Positions 34,172-47,983 of a stretch of DNA of 64,000 nt are shown piece after piece. Made by a program: the position numbers and the translations under genes. The notes beneath the pieces are model-generated. The model was not told the origin of the DNA, did no database searches, and worked only from the letters and a program-made list of their open reading frames with translations. Positions within the stretch are counted from its first letter, which is position 1. Each line of letters opens with the position of its first letter. The DNA lies in NCBI GenBank assembly GCA_051530055.1, contig CM121342.1, positions 5,951,489-6,015,488 of the forward strand, in the 5' to 3' direction. This DNA comes from Neoechinorhynchus agilis (taxonomy: Eukaryota; Animalia; Acanthocephala).

Positions 34172-35972
34172 TTAAACGGTCGGATTATTTACCAAGATAC
34201 TGAGCGCTACTGCATTTGTAAAATGAACAAGATGTTTTTCATTGAGCGTCTTCATTGCATCGCTATAGACTGCTTGAACATTTCCATTGTTGGATCGTTC
34301 GAAATAAAGATATTTTATCCAGAATTCCGGATCATTGACGGTAACTTCCTTGTACCACATCATCCGTTCGAATGCACTTCTTTTGAGACTAACATCCTCA
34401 CATTTGTGCAATAGTGCCGAAACCATTTTAGTTGAGACTGGAACGCGTGCCGTTAATTTCATAAAACGTTTTAAGGCAACTTCTGCATTTGGAGCATTCT
34501 CAATAGATTTCAGCTTCCCGAACAAAACAACCTGAGAAGGATTTTCGAGTAAAAGAGCTTTTTCGAGTACGGCCATCCGTTCACAATCATCGGAGCATTT
34601 GTTTAAAAGCATTTCCCACGCATTGACGGACTTTAGTTTTTGGTACTGTTCAAGAATGGTAAATAAGTTCGGATGAAGACGAACAACGTGTTCCAATAAT
34701 GTTTGTGAACATATACTCGAATCTCGAAGAGAAAGTGCCAATACGTGAATTGATTAATTCTAGAATCATCATATTAACTAATCAATTCTTTAGTTTATCT
34801 GGTTCAAGTCCATTTAAATTAGACTTTATAGAACTTAAAAGTTTTACGATAATACTGGGACTTTGTGAGTCCAGCTGTCCCCAATTTTCGATTTCACTCA
34901 ACTTGAGATGTCCAACAAGAGCGAGAAACTCTAATTTCTCAACCTCGTCCATTTCAACACAGGCCAATTCCTTTGCGTTTTGGAATGATACTAATCCACT
35001 GTGGTATTTGAAGGCAATAATCAGTTTAATTGGAAATGATTCGATCTTAATCAATATGCCCAGCATATTCTTAATTATTGAACGACGTGTTTTCATACGT
35101 AAACCTTTATGCAGACAGATTTTGACTTTTTTAAGCCGATTTTGTTAGCCAACAATTTTTAAGAGACATATTTTAGTATTTTTTTAAAAAAAAGCCTGAA
35201 AGTTGTATAAGCTAAGATCTGTCAGTTTAAATTTCCGAACCAATTTAAGAAAGTCGAGGCAAAGTTCTGGGTTTTCAGTACATCCAGATTCAATAACAGC
35301 ATGCAACATTTCCATTCTAATTAATTTTCGATTTCTCTTCGTCTTCTTAAGTTCAATGGTGAATAATCTACGCCATAAAAGACTGCATTTGGGATGAACA
35401 CCAAGAGCCCTAAGTAACAACTTTGTTTTGTTCTCGCTTCCTTTAATACACATCGAAGCCTGTAACCAGAGTTCAGGTTTGCTCCCAAAAACGTGAAGAA
35501 TATTCATCCAGACATTTTCAAGTTGCATTTGAGCACGATGAACGAAATCAGATCGATAAAAGTCACCTAAAACTTCACCTATTTTGACTTCTTTAATAAC
35601 ATCTTGCCAATAATTCACATGAGTGAGACGAAATCGTAGGTCGTGATAGCATCGACCGATACTGGCTGCTTCGAATAGACTATGGCACCGATTGATCACC
35701 TCTTGGCTAAATCGCTTAACGAATTCCATCTTTGAAAAAGGAGATCCACGCTTTTTAAACCGAAGCTCACATAATTCCTTTACACTCATTTCGTATTTTA
35801 TCAATTGCAGATAATCCGACGCTTCCCGCCGAGTCTTTGCTAAACCATATTCCAACGATCGGGTACGAGATGCTATCCGTTGAACTTCTTCGGTTGAAAA
35901 CAATCCGGATCGTTGAAGAGATTCGAGGTGATAGAGACGACGCTCTAAATGCAACTGAACTTTCTCAGACAT
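34172..35972 (-). CDS. UTP6: U3 snoRNP-associated protein 6 (HAT repeats), multi-exon
   Basis: MSEKVQLHLERRLYHLESLQRSGLFSTEEVQRIASRTRSLEYGL..DYLQLIKYEMSV is the typical UTP6 N-terminus, followed by HAT-like W..Y..FE repeats. The middle exon junctions are uncertain. Confidence 0.85.
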
Positions 35973-36200
35973 CTATCTGAAACGCGCTCTACTGATTAAA
36001 AATCATAGCGAAAAAAAAGAACTCAACAATATACGAAATTTTTTTATTTCGGACTATGATAAAGTCCCAATAGAACTTCTTAGTTTTGATCGAATGAGTT
36101 CGCCAGAAAAAATCTTTTAAAAATTGTTGGTTCTCTAACTAAAATCACAAAGAGTATCCCAATGATTTAGAAGTGAATTAGGACTACATGTGAGGTTTTA

Positions 36201-39200
36201 TTACAAGGCCTCATATCGGAATCGTCTAACGTCCAGTTTCCGCTCCTTCTTGTCTTCTTTCTTTTCTTTAAAATGTAAAACAAGAACCAGGATGCCGATT
36301 GCAACACAAATCACCGTAAGCGCAATTCCAGTGTAGATGATAAGTTTACTTGGTGTTACATGTAGATGGGTTTTCCAAGTGGAAGGCGCATCGGGAGGAT
36401 AGATGACAATAACTATATGAGAATTTGGGATCATTTGAGGCCAATCGTGATGATAAGGCTTTAAAGCTGTCATATCATTGTTCTCATGACTAGCAGCAGA
36501 CGCTACTCGAACATTCTCAACGAAATTCGGCATATTTCCAAGTCCAAACGTTACATAAGGAAGTGCAAGAGCGAATTGACTGTTCCCGTGAATCATTTGT
36601 GAGCCTAAATGACATTATTGAGTTAGTTTCTTTAAAAAAAGCAATACCGAACAAAGTGTAGCTGTGACTTTCGTCCGTATTTACGGTGACTAGTACAGTC
36701 GATCCAGGCCAATTATCTCCATAAGGCTATTTTTGAACGTGATTAGATATTTTTCTCTAGATACCGGAAAAAAAACACTGTACCAAATGACTAGTAGAAC
36801 ATTTATCCCTATTGCCATAACGTGAGCAAGATCCAAGAACAGTGACCTTTAAGAAGTATGTATCTTCCTCAGCATTATTTTGAAGCACACTAAGATCATA
36901 GAGATCACGGCTTTTGGAATTGTTATTGTATGCCAAAATCAAGTCTGGATATCCGTTCTCGTTTATGTCAAAAAAAGCAGCAAGGCCGATTTGATTTTCT
37001 GAGCCCAGAAAAGGAGTGCTAATCTTCTTCGCAGTGAATGTTCGTCCGAACGAATTAGGTGCATTGCCAACGTTTTGTAAAACGATCACGTTTAGTAGCC
37101 TAACGAGAAAAAAAAATTTTGTAATCTTTTTAGAGAAACACTCACCCTTTCGAATCGGCCATTACGGCGAGAATATCAGGAAACCCGTCAAGGTTAACAT
37201 CCGCAACCTTAAGCATACTCGCAGGTTCGGCCACTTTCGCCGACCAAACAGTGGAAGTTGTTCCCGGTTTGTGGATAAACCGAAATCCCGATGTATTCAC
37301 AGTCAGATCAATCCAAACGTCTTTAGTGTTAGAACCGTAACTTCGTGCCATAATTGTGCTTTGCGAACATGATTTATCGAGGCAAACCGGAATAAGATGG
37401 GCGGGACGTCCTCGAGCGGCAAAGTCCACAAAAAGTGAAGGGAGTGTATGATAGACTTCTTTAGGTTTCTCATATGACAAAATTGGAATCAATTGATCGG
37501 CTGGTCGATGAGACCATAGTTGAAATTTATCATTTTTAAGTGAAAGGACCAAATCTTTGAAAGAATAGAGTGATGGAGTAAAATAACAAACTTACCTGGA
37601 ATGAGATCGCCAGTGTAGTCAACGTAGGCACTTGGTTTCTTCAAATCTAAAAGGACAATTCTCCACTTGCATCTACTTAGAAAAACCCAGTAGAGGAGAA
37701 TCGTCCACATAGAACCGCATCAGTGTTAGCTAATGATCGAATTTCGATTTCCCGATTTTTACTAGAATGAACGAGAGAGAGGTGAGAATCGAACAAAGAA
37801 ATCAAATTACTTGAACACAATAAAACCAGGACGTGAACCGTCTTCATCTTGTGCACCAAACAGTTCCAATGATCCACGGCTAAATACGCTACAAAACCAA
37901 AATGAACGAGAGTTTTAAAAAAAGTGAGCGTACTTAGTGACCAGTGGCCAGTTGAATAACGTTTCATTTAAAATGATAAAAGAACTCAAATTTGCGTTAT
38001 TTCCCCAAAATACTCCAGTCATTAAAACCTCTCCTGATTTCAATAACTTTCCTTTGTTGTTGTTTGCTTCACGTCGAGATGTTGTGAACATTACAACGGT
38101 GTCGACCATTGAATCGCCATCGAAATCAGCGACCACAATAGAACGAATGCTGTACGAATGGCTACAAAATTAACGAATATCCAAATTGACGGTTTACTTT
38201 ATCGATTGTACATACCTCAGTTGAGCAAGTGCCAATTGTTTACAATTTCTTGTCCGTGGATTAAAGTTGTGTACTTTTATTGTGTGAGTTGCGGATTCTC
38301 GGACAAAAATACCGAAATTAAACCATTTCGAAATTATTATAACTCTTAGAATTATTTTGAAAAGGTGGTATTGAATAGTAGCAATTTTATTTAATATTTT
38401 GTCCTTTACGTGAGACTTCAAAACAATTAAAAAAAAGGAGTTCAAATATAATTTTTTATAAGTTGAAATCTTGCAAAAAAACAAGTTCTATTCGATTTAA
38501 AAGACCGTTTTAGTGGTCCGGCCGCTTACAAACGAAACAAAATTCTTAAAAATCATTGTTATTTGAGTCGCTTGTCAATTTTACGAGAGAGAGATCATTA
38601 AAGAAGAATGCGTATTCCGATTGATTTCTAGAGTTATTTTATCAATTCTATTGCTTGCATTGCTTTTAATGAAGAAAAAGTAGTCGTTATTTGAGCGATA
38701 AACAATTTTGGTTTCAAAATATGGAATGCGGATTATGTGCCGTGGAATGTAATTATCCGCATTAAGAACCAATAAATTCTTTTTTGTAAAGAAATTAATC
38801 ATTATTGTTTCAATTTCATTTAGCGATATTCACTCAGAAATAGATTTATATTGAAATTTTTCGGCCTTTTCTTTGGCCTTCTTCAGTCAGATTGCTTGTA
38901 AGTTTTTAAATATTCGAGACTCAAGCATTTTGTACTTGAGATATTAATTATCCACATTAAGAACCAATAAATTCTCTTTCTATAGTCGACAACATTACTT
39001 TACATCGTGATTCGCTGGCCTAATTAAATACATCTCCCTCATGGCAATATAATTTTTATAAGTTGAAATCTTGCAAAAAACAAGTATTATTTTATTCTGA
39101 AATTTTAAAAGTATTTTGTTTTTGAGATATTAATTATCCGAATTTAACACCAATGATTGGTGCCTATTGAAAGGCAATCGAAAAAATATTGATAATGACA

Positions 39201-39840
39201 TAACTTTTACGCTAAAAAACATTTAACGTATAATTATTTGGGTTTTTTTAAGGATGATAAAATAACAGTTTAATATCACCAATGATTTCATGTTCATTAA
39301 TCGATAAATGTTTAATTTTAATTAAAAGGCAAAAAAATCGGCTACCAACTAGCCAAACAACAATTCGCAATGGGCAGCATTCAAATTTTAAAAAATGAAT
39401 CATTCCACTGATGAACGAGGTTCCAAAATATTTGAGATTTTTTAAAACGACTTTGAATATTCGCACTTTAGATTTAAATCTTTAAAAATAAATCAAAGTC
39501 ATAGAAAACGGATTATTGAGACATAGATAAAGTTTGCGGCTTCTACTTTCGAGATATTTCATCGGCCCGGGATCAGTTAACAATCGATGCCAAAAAAACC
39601 CGATAAATCGATCAATAAGAGATTTGCCATTGAGCTTCGCCGTCTCGTTGAGAATCCGTCAACGTAGGCGTTATTCTCCACGCAATAAATATCAATAGTC
39701 TTGTCGGCATCGAAATCACCAAACGAAAACGGAACACAATTGCTAATTCCGAATTTATCATTGTTTTGTGGAACAGAGAATTCGAGTGAATAGATCAATA
39801 AGAGCAAATTAAAGCTTGTTATCAACAAAAAGCATTTCAT
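36201..39840 (-). CDS. ITFG1: T-cell immunomodulatory protein / LINKIN (FG-GAP repeats plus C-terminal TM), multi-exon
   Basis: Signal peptide, FGDFDADKTIDI, ADFDGDSMVD, ADVNLDGFPDIL, FFDINENGYPDL, LPYVTFGLGNMPNFVE, QMIPNSHIVIV..PSTWKTHLHVTPS, TM, then KEKKEDKKERK..FRYEAL. Confidence 0.92.
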
Positions 39841-40224
39841 TAAATACGATGAACTGGTCAAAAGTGGTCGTGATTGCAAAATGTACGTTTGTTTATGATT
39901 CTTCCGTGTCTAAATAAGCGTCATACTCAAAACAACAATTTCGATAGTGTACGATAAAAAAACATTCATTGTGTTGGTAACAATGATCTCTTCGAATTTA
40001 AAACCTTAAATTCAAGTGCAATGGCTTTGATAGCAAAATAAATCAAATATGTTATGATCGGGATTATTCTCACCAAAATTATACTTTGATTTTCCCGAAG
40101 GATAATTTATCGATGAATAAAATGATTTCTAACCGGGATGGATTTTCTCGATAGTTTGAGAAGTTCGATAATTCTCTAAATCCGCTTTTATTTTAGTGCC
40201 GATTGCTTTTTGTTTATTTCTTAG

Positions 40225-41060
40225 AGAATTTCCAACTTTTCAATCATTTACTTCTTTTCTTGTGTCTTATTTTGAATGAGCAACCCATGCGGATGAACGA
40301 AATCTTCAACTTTTTCAATCATTTTCTTCTTTTTTTTCCTCATTTTGAATGAGCAACCCATGCGGATGAACGAAATCTTCAACTTTTCAATCATTTTCTT
40401 CTTTTTTTTCCTCATTTTGAATGAGCAACCCATGCGGATGAACGAAATCTTGTTTTATTTTAGTTCTTTAACTTAAGGACTGCAACGTCGGTTTTTGTTT
40501 CACAGGACGACTCTTTTTGAACATTTTTACTTTAATTTCTTCGAGAATTTCCAACTTTTCAATCATTTTCTTCTTTTTTTGTCTCATTTTGAATGAGCAA
40601 CCCATGCGGATGAACGAAATCTTTTTCCCGCTTTAACTTAAGGACTGCAACGTCGGTTTTTGTCTTACAGGACCAGGACGGCTCTTATTGAACATTTTTA
40701 CTTTAATTTCTTCGAGAATTTCCAACTTTTCAATCATTTACTTCTTTTTTTTCCTCATTTTGAATAAGCAACCCATGCGGATGAACGAAATCTTGTTTTA
40801 TTTTAGTTCTTTAACCTAAGGACTGCAACATCGGTTTTTGTTCCAAGGGATGACTCTTTTTGAACATTTTTACTTTAATTTCTTAGAGAATTTCCAACTT
40901 TTCAATCATTTACTTCTTTTCTTGTGTCTTATTTGAATGAGCAACCCATGCGGATGAACGAAATCTTTTTCCCGCTTTAACTTAAGGACTGCAACGTCGG
41001 TTTTTGTCTTACAGGACGGCTCTTATTGAACATTTTTACTTTAATTTCTTCGAGAATTTA
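40225..41060. repeat. Nested tandem array (72-bp subunit within ~172-bp unit) between the divergent ITFG1 and GEMIN2 starts
   Basis: Core gaatgagcaacccatgcggatgaacgaaatctt at 40274, 40347, 40419, 40591, 40762 and 40935. Confidence 0.92.
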
Positions 41061-41313
41061 CACCTTTTCAGTTAACTTTCTTAAAGTATTAACGCCCATT
41101 TCTCTTGCTCGAATATTTTCCATCCACCATCAAGTGGACAAAGTTTGCTTCTGTTTTCCGCAAACGTTTTGAAGAATTGATCGCATTAACAAGGAGATAT
41201 AAATGAAGGTAATTCCGAATACTTTATCTAAAAAAATCGCGATTTTTCGTTCAAAATCGACCTTAAATGATAATTTTTGTACGCCAAAGTGTCTTTTCAA
41301 TTTGTTAGATTCA

Positions 41314-42130
41314 ATGTCTGACGAGGAGAGTGGTAGTGATGATTACGAGAGTAAAACCAAAAAAGCATTCGATGTTCCATACAAACGTATAAAGATCGAC
41401 TGGTCTCAACCTCCAGCGACTCCACACGAGCACATTATCCGATGTCGAATCGAAAGTGCTAAAATCCCCGCAGTTGTTTTCGTCAAGCGGAACTCTCCGG
41501 AAAATGAGCGTTCAACATTTAGCGACCAAACTACAATCATCGAATCATCTTCATTCAACATTCCCAGCATCGAGTGGCAGAAACGTCGACTTAAAAACTT
41601 TCAAATTCTCGCTTCTCGTATGAACAATGTGTGGTTGTCTTCTATTCGATCGATGGATGGTTTACCTGATTCTCACAACGCCATAGAATGGAAAGCTCTG
41701 ATTTTTGATGAATCAGGAAAGTACTCTACGTATCCATCTACTGATTTACTTTGCAAACTGAAGCAGCCATTTTTGAACAAGTTGTTGGTCTGGTATAAAG
41801 AGCGAGGGAGGCATGAATCGGTCTAAGGCGCTCGAGATACATGCGTCCTTCTTTATTGAATGGATATTGATCAGCGACGACGACGAAAATGCTTTTAATA
41901 TACAAAAGGCTATGTGGTTGTTTGGATTAATGGCACTTTTGGAAATGCCAATTGCTGATACAACTTTCTCTGTACTCAGGGATCTAGCTAAGTTTCTAAA
42001 AAATAATCGATCTGAATGGACAAACGAACAGATAACGAAAAGTGCCGATCTACTCATATGCATTATAGGAAGGTATTTTAAGCAACATGATTTGGCTGAT
42101 AGATCAGACGAACCGTTTTCATTCAATTAA
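41314..42130 (+). CDS. GEMIN2: Gem-associated protein 2 (SIP1), 2 exons
   Basis: PPATPHEHIIRCRIESAKIPAVV..PSIEWQ..W.. and WLFGLMALLEMP..LRDLAK..DLLICIIGRYFKQHDLAD. A ~40-nt GT-AG intron near 41788-41827 joins the two ORFs. Confidence 0.9.
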
Positions 42131-42429
42131 ATCGAAGAACATGTTCTTTTAAAAACTTTTTTAAATTCTATCATCCTTCTTTTTTACGTCCGCAGTTGAC
42201 TTTTGAGAACCTAAACTCAAATCGTAAGTCAAACTTTTGTTATTGTATTATTTTGGTGAAAATAATTTATTGGAAATATTTCGCCGAGGAGGTAACCTCG
42301 CCTCATCAGTCATCTAAAAAATAATATCTTTTTCCTATTCAGGTTAATCACATCATTATCGTTCATATCAGGTTAGTTCTCTTTAAAAATTCCCATTGAA
42401 GATCTTTATAGTTTTGGCTCCATTGGCTT

Positions 42430-42545
42430 AATGTTACACAAAGCTTTCTCGACTTGATCTTCGTTGCAATCGAAAGGAATATTGGAAAGGAAAACTGTAC
42501 GTTCAGGATCAGGTTTTGGAGGTGGGAGTTTATAATATCTTAAAT
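42430..42545 (-). CDS. Exon encoding the start of an RRM domain; full gene model (within ~42200-43620) not resolved
   Basis: After a TTAAG acceptor: YYKLPPPKPDPERTVFLSNIPFDCNEDQVEKAL (RNP2-like VFLSNIP). Flanking exons could not be joined confidently. Confidence 0.35.
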
Positions 42546-43686
42546 TTACTGCTTTGTCAAATAAAAAGAGCAATAATGGACTTTTTAAATTTAAAAGACT
42601 TATCCGTTACAATATTGAAAGTTTTCCAATAAATCAAATAGGCTATTACCGGGGGAGTATTTTCACCAAAATTATAAACATGTGCTTAGATGACGGCTAC
42701 AAATTTTTTAAGGAAATTCCGAAGAAAAATGTTATAAAGAAACCACAAATAGAAAGATTTGAGTAAATGAAGTCGAAGGTCGGCCTCCTGAATTTTTTTC
42801 GCTAATACTTGTTATTTGCTCAATTTCTAATGGAAAATACCTCTTGATCCCGCACTAAGAACACCTCGATAATCATTTGAGCCCACTGAACGTTTATTGA
42901 TGTTTTCTCAATCTAACATTTAAAAAAAAACATACTTTTGTTCGACGAATGAAAAAAGAAATTAAATGGTTATTTTGTTCGGGCAATAAAGCTGACTACA
43001 AACTCAGTCTGCCAGTCTCACCGGATAAACTATTTGACAATGCTTCTTTTAAATTGTACATTGACTGAAGAAGGCTAACGAAAATGCGGAAAATTGTTCA
43101 AGAAAAATCTATTTCTTAATCAAACATCGCTAATTGAAACTGAAAATTACAATAAATTTATTGGTTTCAATATTCGAGTACAATCTTGTACGCGTTTATC
43201 AAAGTTGTTCAAGTGTTTTGTGAGCACCGATATGCCGAAATCAATCGGATTTAACCAAAATTCTTTTGTTACCTGCCATAAACAAGCATCAGAATAGTTC
43301 AATCTTTAAACAAAGTTTTTGATTTAGTTCCACACCCAAAATCTCAGACATCATAGATCCCAGTTCTCCATAACAACCATGCAGTCGTTTCAAAAATCGC
43401 TTTGTTCGTTTTCCATTAGTTTTTTTGCCTTGAAAAAACCCATCAATGATTTCTATTCATTTGTTGGTTCTATCCAGACGATTCGACACACCGTATCGTT
43501 TTATATTTGCAGGAGAACACTCTCTTTTTAAATCAATTAATATTTCTCTCTTAAACGTTCTCTTATGAACTCTAACCAAAAGTAGCAAGCCTCTAAACTT
43601 CTATTGTTATTTCTTGTTTGATCATTTACAATTAATGAATTAATAATTTAAAAAGAAGATTTCGTAGTTTATTTAAACGAGTAAAT

Positions 43687-45145
43687 TCATCTGGCTTGTT
43701 GAGTAAGTGTCAAAAGACAAAGGAAGAGATTAACAACGTTAATATAGATCATTATGGCCGCGTCAACATAATCTTCTTCTCCGATTTCGTATTGTCTTCC
43801 TCCCATAATCATTTGTAGATTTACTACCAATAGCTATCGATCGACTTTAATGAAAAAGCCCGAATTTTCTTTACTGACCAATGACATTACAGCAGCTCCA
43901 ATTGAAGCATAAAGAAATGTTAGTACCTTTCAATTTAATAGCTACATCGTAGTGAAAAAGGACTTAAATAACTCACATGACTTCTGAAAATGATTGAAGA
44001 TATTGAAAATATAACTAGGATTAAAAGAAGCATAGTCACAATTCCAGTACATTTGGTAAAATCAAACTAAATTTAACATACGATTTTAAAGGTTAAAAAG
44101 TTTAAAAATACTCTTGTTTGTAGAGATATGAGAATGGCTCCGACACAAATGCATAATGTTAAACCGATGGCGAATAAAACTCCAAATGTACTATGAAAAG
44201 CACTGATTACACCGAGTACAAATCCCATTGAGAGTGCCTAAATATTCTTCAATCAACTTTTTTTTCATGAGACGAAAATAGTTACCAAAATAAAAAGAAA
44301 TATGTAATTGTACGGAGTCCTTCTGGCTACAGATTTCGAACATATAAGAACCATATAGACAATCGCAAATGTAAAACTAAATTTTTCATGTTTTGAACCC
44401 TAAAAAAATTAAACTCACAATGAAACGATGTACAATATGTAGCCATTTGAACTAGTTGCAAATACTTTTATAGCAGGACTTTGAGCAAAATGATCGGTTA
44501 GGTTTGTAAATTGGTTTTGTACTCACGTAAAGAAAAAGATAGCGGCGATTCCGAATGTAACGAGGAACTGAAGCATCACTATAACGAAGACCTAAATAGT
44601 CAAATAATGAATGTGTGCAGGTTTCATTGAATAAAACTCCAAATTGACAGGAATTTGGCCGTGTCCAGAGGATTAGAAGGTCTTGAAAAATAATAGAGGT
44701 CAATTCAAGGATTCACGTGCTTTTAACGAACGCAAACAATGGGAAAATAAGAATATCGTAGACCTACAGCGTCCACTACTAACAAACAATCGCTGAAGAA
44801 GATCCGAGATAGTGGATCGAAATATCCAATAAAATCTTAATTTCATTTATCGCTCCCATCAACAAATAATATCGCCGATAATTTTTCTTCAATTTACATC
44901 AAAGATGATTCAATTATTGATTGCAGAGATTCAATATTTTGTTAGAAAAAACAATTTATTCGTCGTCTGATATAAGAATATACCTTTCTGATGAATGCAT
45001 GTCTGATTTTTACAGTATTAAATATTGGCATTTCATCGAATTGTGAAGGTGCGACACCACCAGCGTTGGTAGAGAATAGTCCTTCAAAAAAAAAGAATTT
45101 ATACTTTATAGTAACGTCTAAAGTTTTTGACCAACCTTTAAACAT
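43687..45145 (-). CDS. TMBIM / Lifeguard-type Bax-inhibitor family membrane protein, ~8 exons
   Basis: Spliced product IRHAFIRK|VFVIVMLQFLVTFG..|..VARRTPYNYIFLFIL|ALSMGFVLG..QTR|FDFT..|..LYASIGAA..|LLVVNLQMIMGGRQYEIGEEDYVDAAIMIYINVVNLF. All introns are GT-AG. Confidence 0.9.
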
Positions 45146-45419
45146 TTTGATTTAAAGATCGTCTCAAAGCGCAAAAATGCTGGATCTTTTGTGGGTTGTT
45201 TAGAAATGTGCGCACTTTAAGACTTGTCTTGAATACGTAAATGACAGAGGAACAAGAGTAGACGAAACGTAAAAACAACCTAAATTTGAATGCTCAATTT
45301 AAATAGGGCACACTATCGATAGTATAAGCGATTTGACGCAAAAAATTGAGTTTAAAAACTTGAAAAAACCCTAATTTCTTAGATTTGAATATCGTGAACT
45401 TTTTTAATATTTCCTTTTG

Positions 45420-47890
45420 GTAGTTCTAACAACCCCTCGGATTCCAATCGGGAATTTTACCAAGGTTTCTAATTGCTAAAAAATAGAGAACTTGAAATAA
45501 GACGTGAAATATCGGTAATAAATCGATTTAAACTCCCCCTCAAGTCCAAGACAATAATCAAAGGTCTTTTCTAAGTTATAACAACCCCTCGGATTCCAAT
45601 CGGGAATTTTAACCAAAGTTTCTAATTGTTTCAAAGTAGAGAACCTAAAATAAGACATGAAATATGTGAAATATCGGCAATAAATCAATTTAAACTCCCC
45701 CTCCCGTCCAAGACAATAATCAAAGGTCTTTTCTAAGTTATAACAACCCCTCGGATTCCAATCGGGAATTTTAACCAAAGTTTCTAATTGTTTCAAAGTA
45801 GAGAACCTAAAATAAGACATGAAATATCGGTAATTAATCAATTTAAACTCCCCCTCCCGTCCAAGACAATAATCAAAGGTCTTTTCTAAGTTATAACAAC
45901 CCCTCGGATTCCAATCGGGAATTTTAACCAAAGTTTCTAATTGTTTCAAAGTAGAGAACCTAAAATAAGACATGAAATATCGGTAATTAATCAATTTAAA
46001 CTCCCCCTCCCGTCCAAGACAATAATCAAAGGTCTTTTCTAAGTTATAACAACCCCTCGGATTCCAATCGGGAATTTTAACAAAGTTTCTAATTGTTTCA
46101 AAGTAGAGAACCTAAAATAAGACGTGAAATATCGGCAATAAATCAATTTAAACTCCCCCTCCCGTCCAAGACAATAATCAAAGATCTTTTTGCAGTTATA
46201 ACAACCCCTCGGATTCTATTCTGAAATTTTATCAAAATTTCTAATTGTTTCAAAGTAGAGAACCTAAAATAAGACATGAAATATCGGTAATTAATCAATT
46301 TAAACTCCCCCTCCCGTCCAAGACAATAATCAAAGGTCTTTTCTGTTATAACAACCCCTCGGATTCCATTCGGAAATTTTAACAAAGTTTCTAATTGTTT
46401 CAAAGTAGAGAACCTAAAATAAGACATGAAATATCGGTAATTAATCAATTTAAACTCCCCCTCCCGTCCAAGACAATAATCAAAGATCTTTTTTCAGTTA
46501 TAACAACCCCTCGGATTCTATTCTGAAATTTTATCAAAATTTCTAATTGTTTCAAAGTAGAGAACCTAAAATAAGACATGAAATATCGGTAATTAATCAA
46601 TTTAAACTCCCCCTCCCGTCCAAGACAATAATCAAAGGTCTTTTCTAAGTTATAACAACCCCTCGGATTCCATTCGGAAATTTTATCAAAGTTTCTAATT
46701 GTTTCAAAGTAGAGAACCTAAAATAAGACGTGAAATATCGGTAATTAATCAATTTAAACTCCCCCTCCGTCCAAGACAATAATCAAAGGTCTTTTCTAAG
46801 TTATAACAACCCCTCGGATTCCATTCGGAATTTTACAAAGTTTCTAATTGTTTCAAAGTAGAGAACCTAAAATAAGACATGAAATATCGGTATTAATCAA
46901 TTTAAACTCCCCCGTTTTTTTTTGTTTTGGTTGAATAATCAATTTAAACTCCCTCCCGTCCAAGACAATAATCAAAGATCTTTTGCAGTTATAACAACCC
47001 CTCGGATTCTATTCTGAAATTTTATCAAAATTTCTAATTGTTTCAAAGTAGAGAACCTAAAATAAGACATGAAATATCGGTAATTAATCAATTTAAACTC
47101 CCCCTCCCGTCCAAGACAATAATCAAAGATCTTTTTGCAGTTATAACAACCCCTCGGATTCCAATCGGGAATTTTAACCAAAGTTTCTAATTGTTTCAAA
47201 GTAGAGAACCTAAAATAAGACATGAAATATCGGTAATTAATCAATTTAAACTCCCCCTCCCGTCCAAGACAATAATCAAAGATCTTTTTTCAGTTATAAC
47301 AACCCCTCGGATTCTATTCTGAAATTTTATCAAAATTTCTAATTGTTTCAAAGTAGAGAACCTAAAATAAGACATGAAATATCGGTAATTAATCAATTTA
47401 AACTCCCCCTCCCGTCCAAGACAATAATCAAAGATCTTTTTAGTTATAACAACCCCTCGGATTCATTCGAAATTTTACATTTTTGGATTCCAATCGGGAA
47501 TTTTAACCAAAGTTTCTAATTGTTTCAAAGTAGAGAACCTGAAATAAGACGTGAAATATCGGTAATTAATCAATTTAAACTCCCCCTCCCGTCCAAGACA
47601 ATAATCAAAGATCTTTTTTCACTTATAACAACCCCTCGGATTCTATTCTGAAATTTTATCAAAATTTCTAATTGTTTCAAAGTAGAGAACCTAAAATAAG
47701 ACATGAAATATCGGTAATAAATCAATTGAAACTCCCCCTCAAGTCCAAGACAATAATCAAAGGTCTTTTTCACTTATAACAACCTTTCGGATTCCAATCG
47801 GGAATTTTAACCAAAGTTTCTAATTGTTTCAAAGTAGAGAACCTAAAACAAGACGTTAAATATCGGTAATAAATCAATTTAAACTCCCAC
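45420..47890. repeat. Tandem array, ~153-bp unit, ~16 copies, with two alternating subtypes
   Basis: 'taacaacccctcggatt' recurs (45741 to 45894 = 153 bp). Subtype A ggattccaatcgggaattttaacc alternates with subtype B ggattctattctgaaattttatc. Confidence 0.97.
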
Positions 47891-47983
47891 GACATAATTG
47901 GGAAAACAAATTGAATTTTTAAGTTTATAACTTTATTTGCGAGTGTTAGCGAATGCAACCATCCCAATTTAGAAAGAGGGCCT

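Noticed and set aside
35090-35230. Possible GC-AG intron in UTP6
   Set aside because: A canonical phase-0 GT donor (TTG|GTTCGG) can join the same acceptors, so a non-canonical site is not required.
40225-41060. Short conserved repeats with intervening sequence, superficially CRISPR-like
   Set aside because: The intervening sequences are themselves repeated rather than unique spacers, there are no cas genes, and the context is eukaryotic.
46905-46940. T-rich interruption in the 153-bp array, and many 1-5 nt deletions in the middle copies of the 223-bp and 153-bp arrays
   Set aside because: This looks like low-quality long-read consensus in collapsed repeats, so it is not treated as biological variation.
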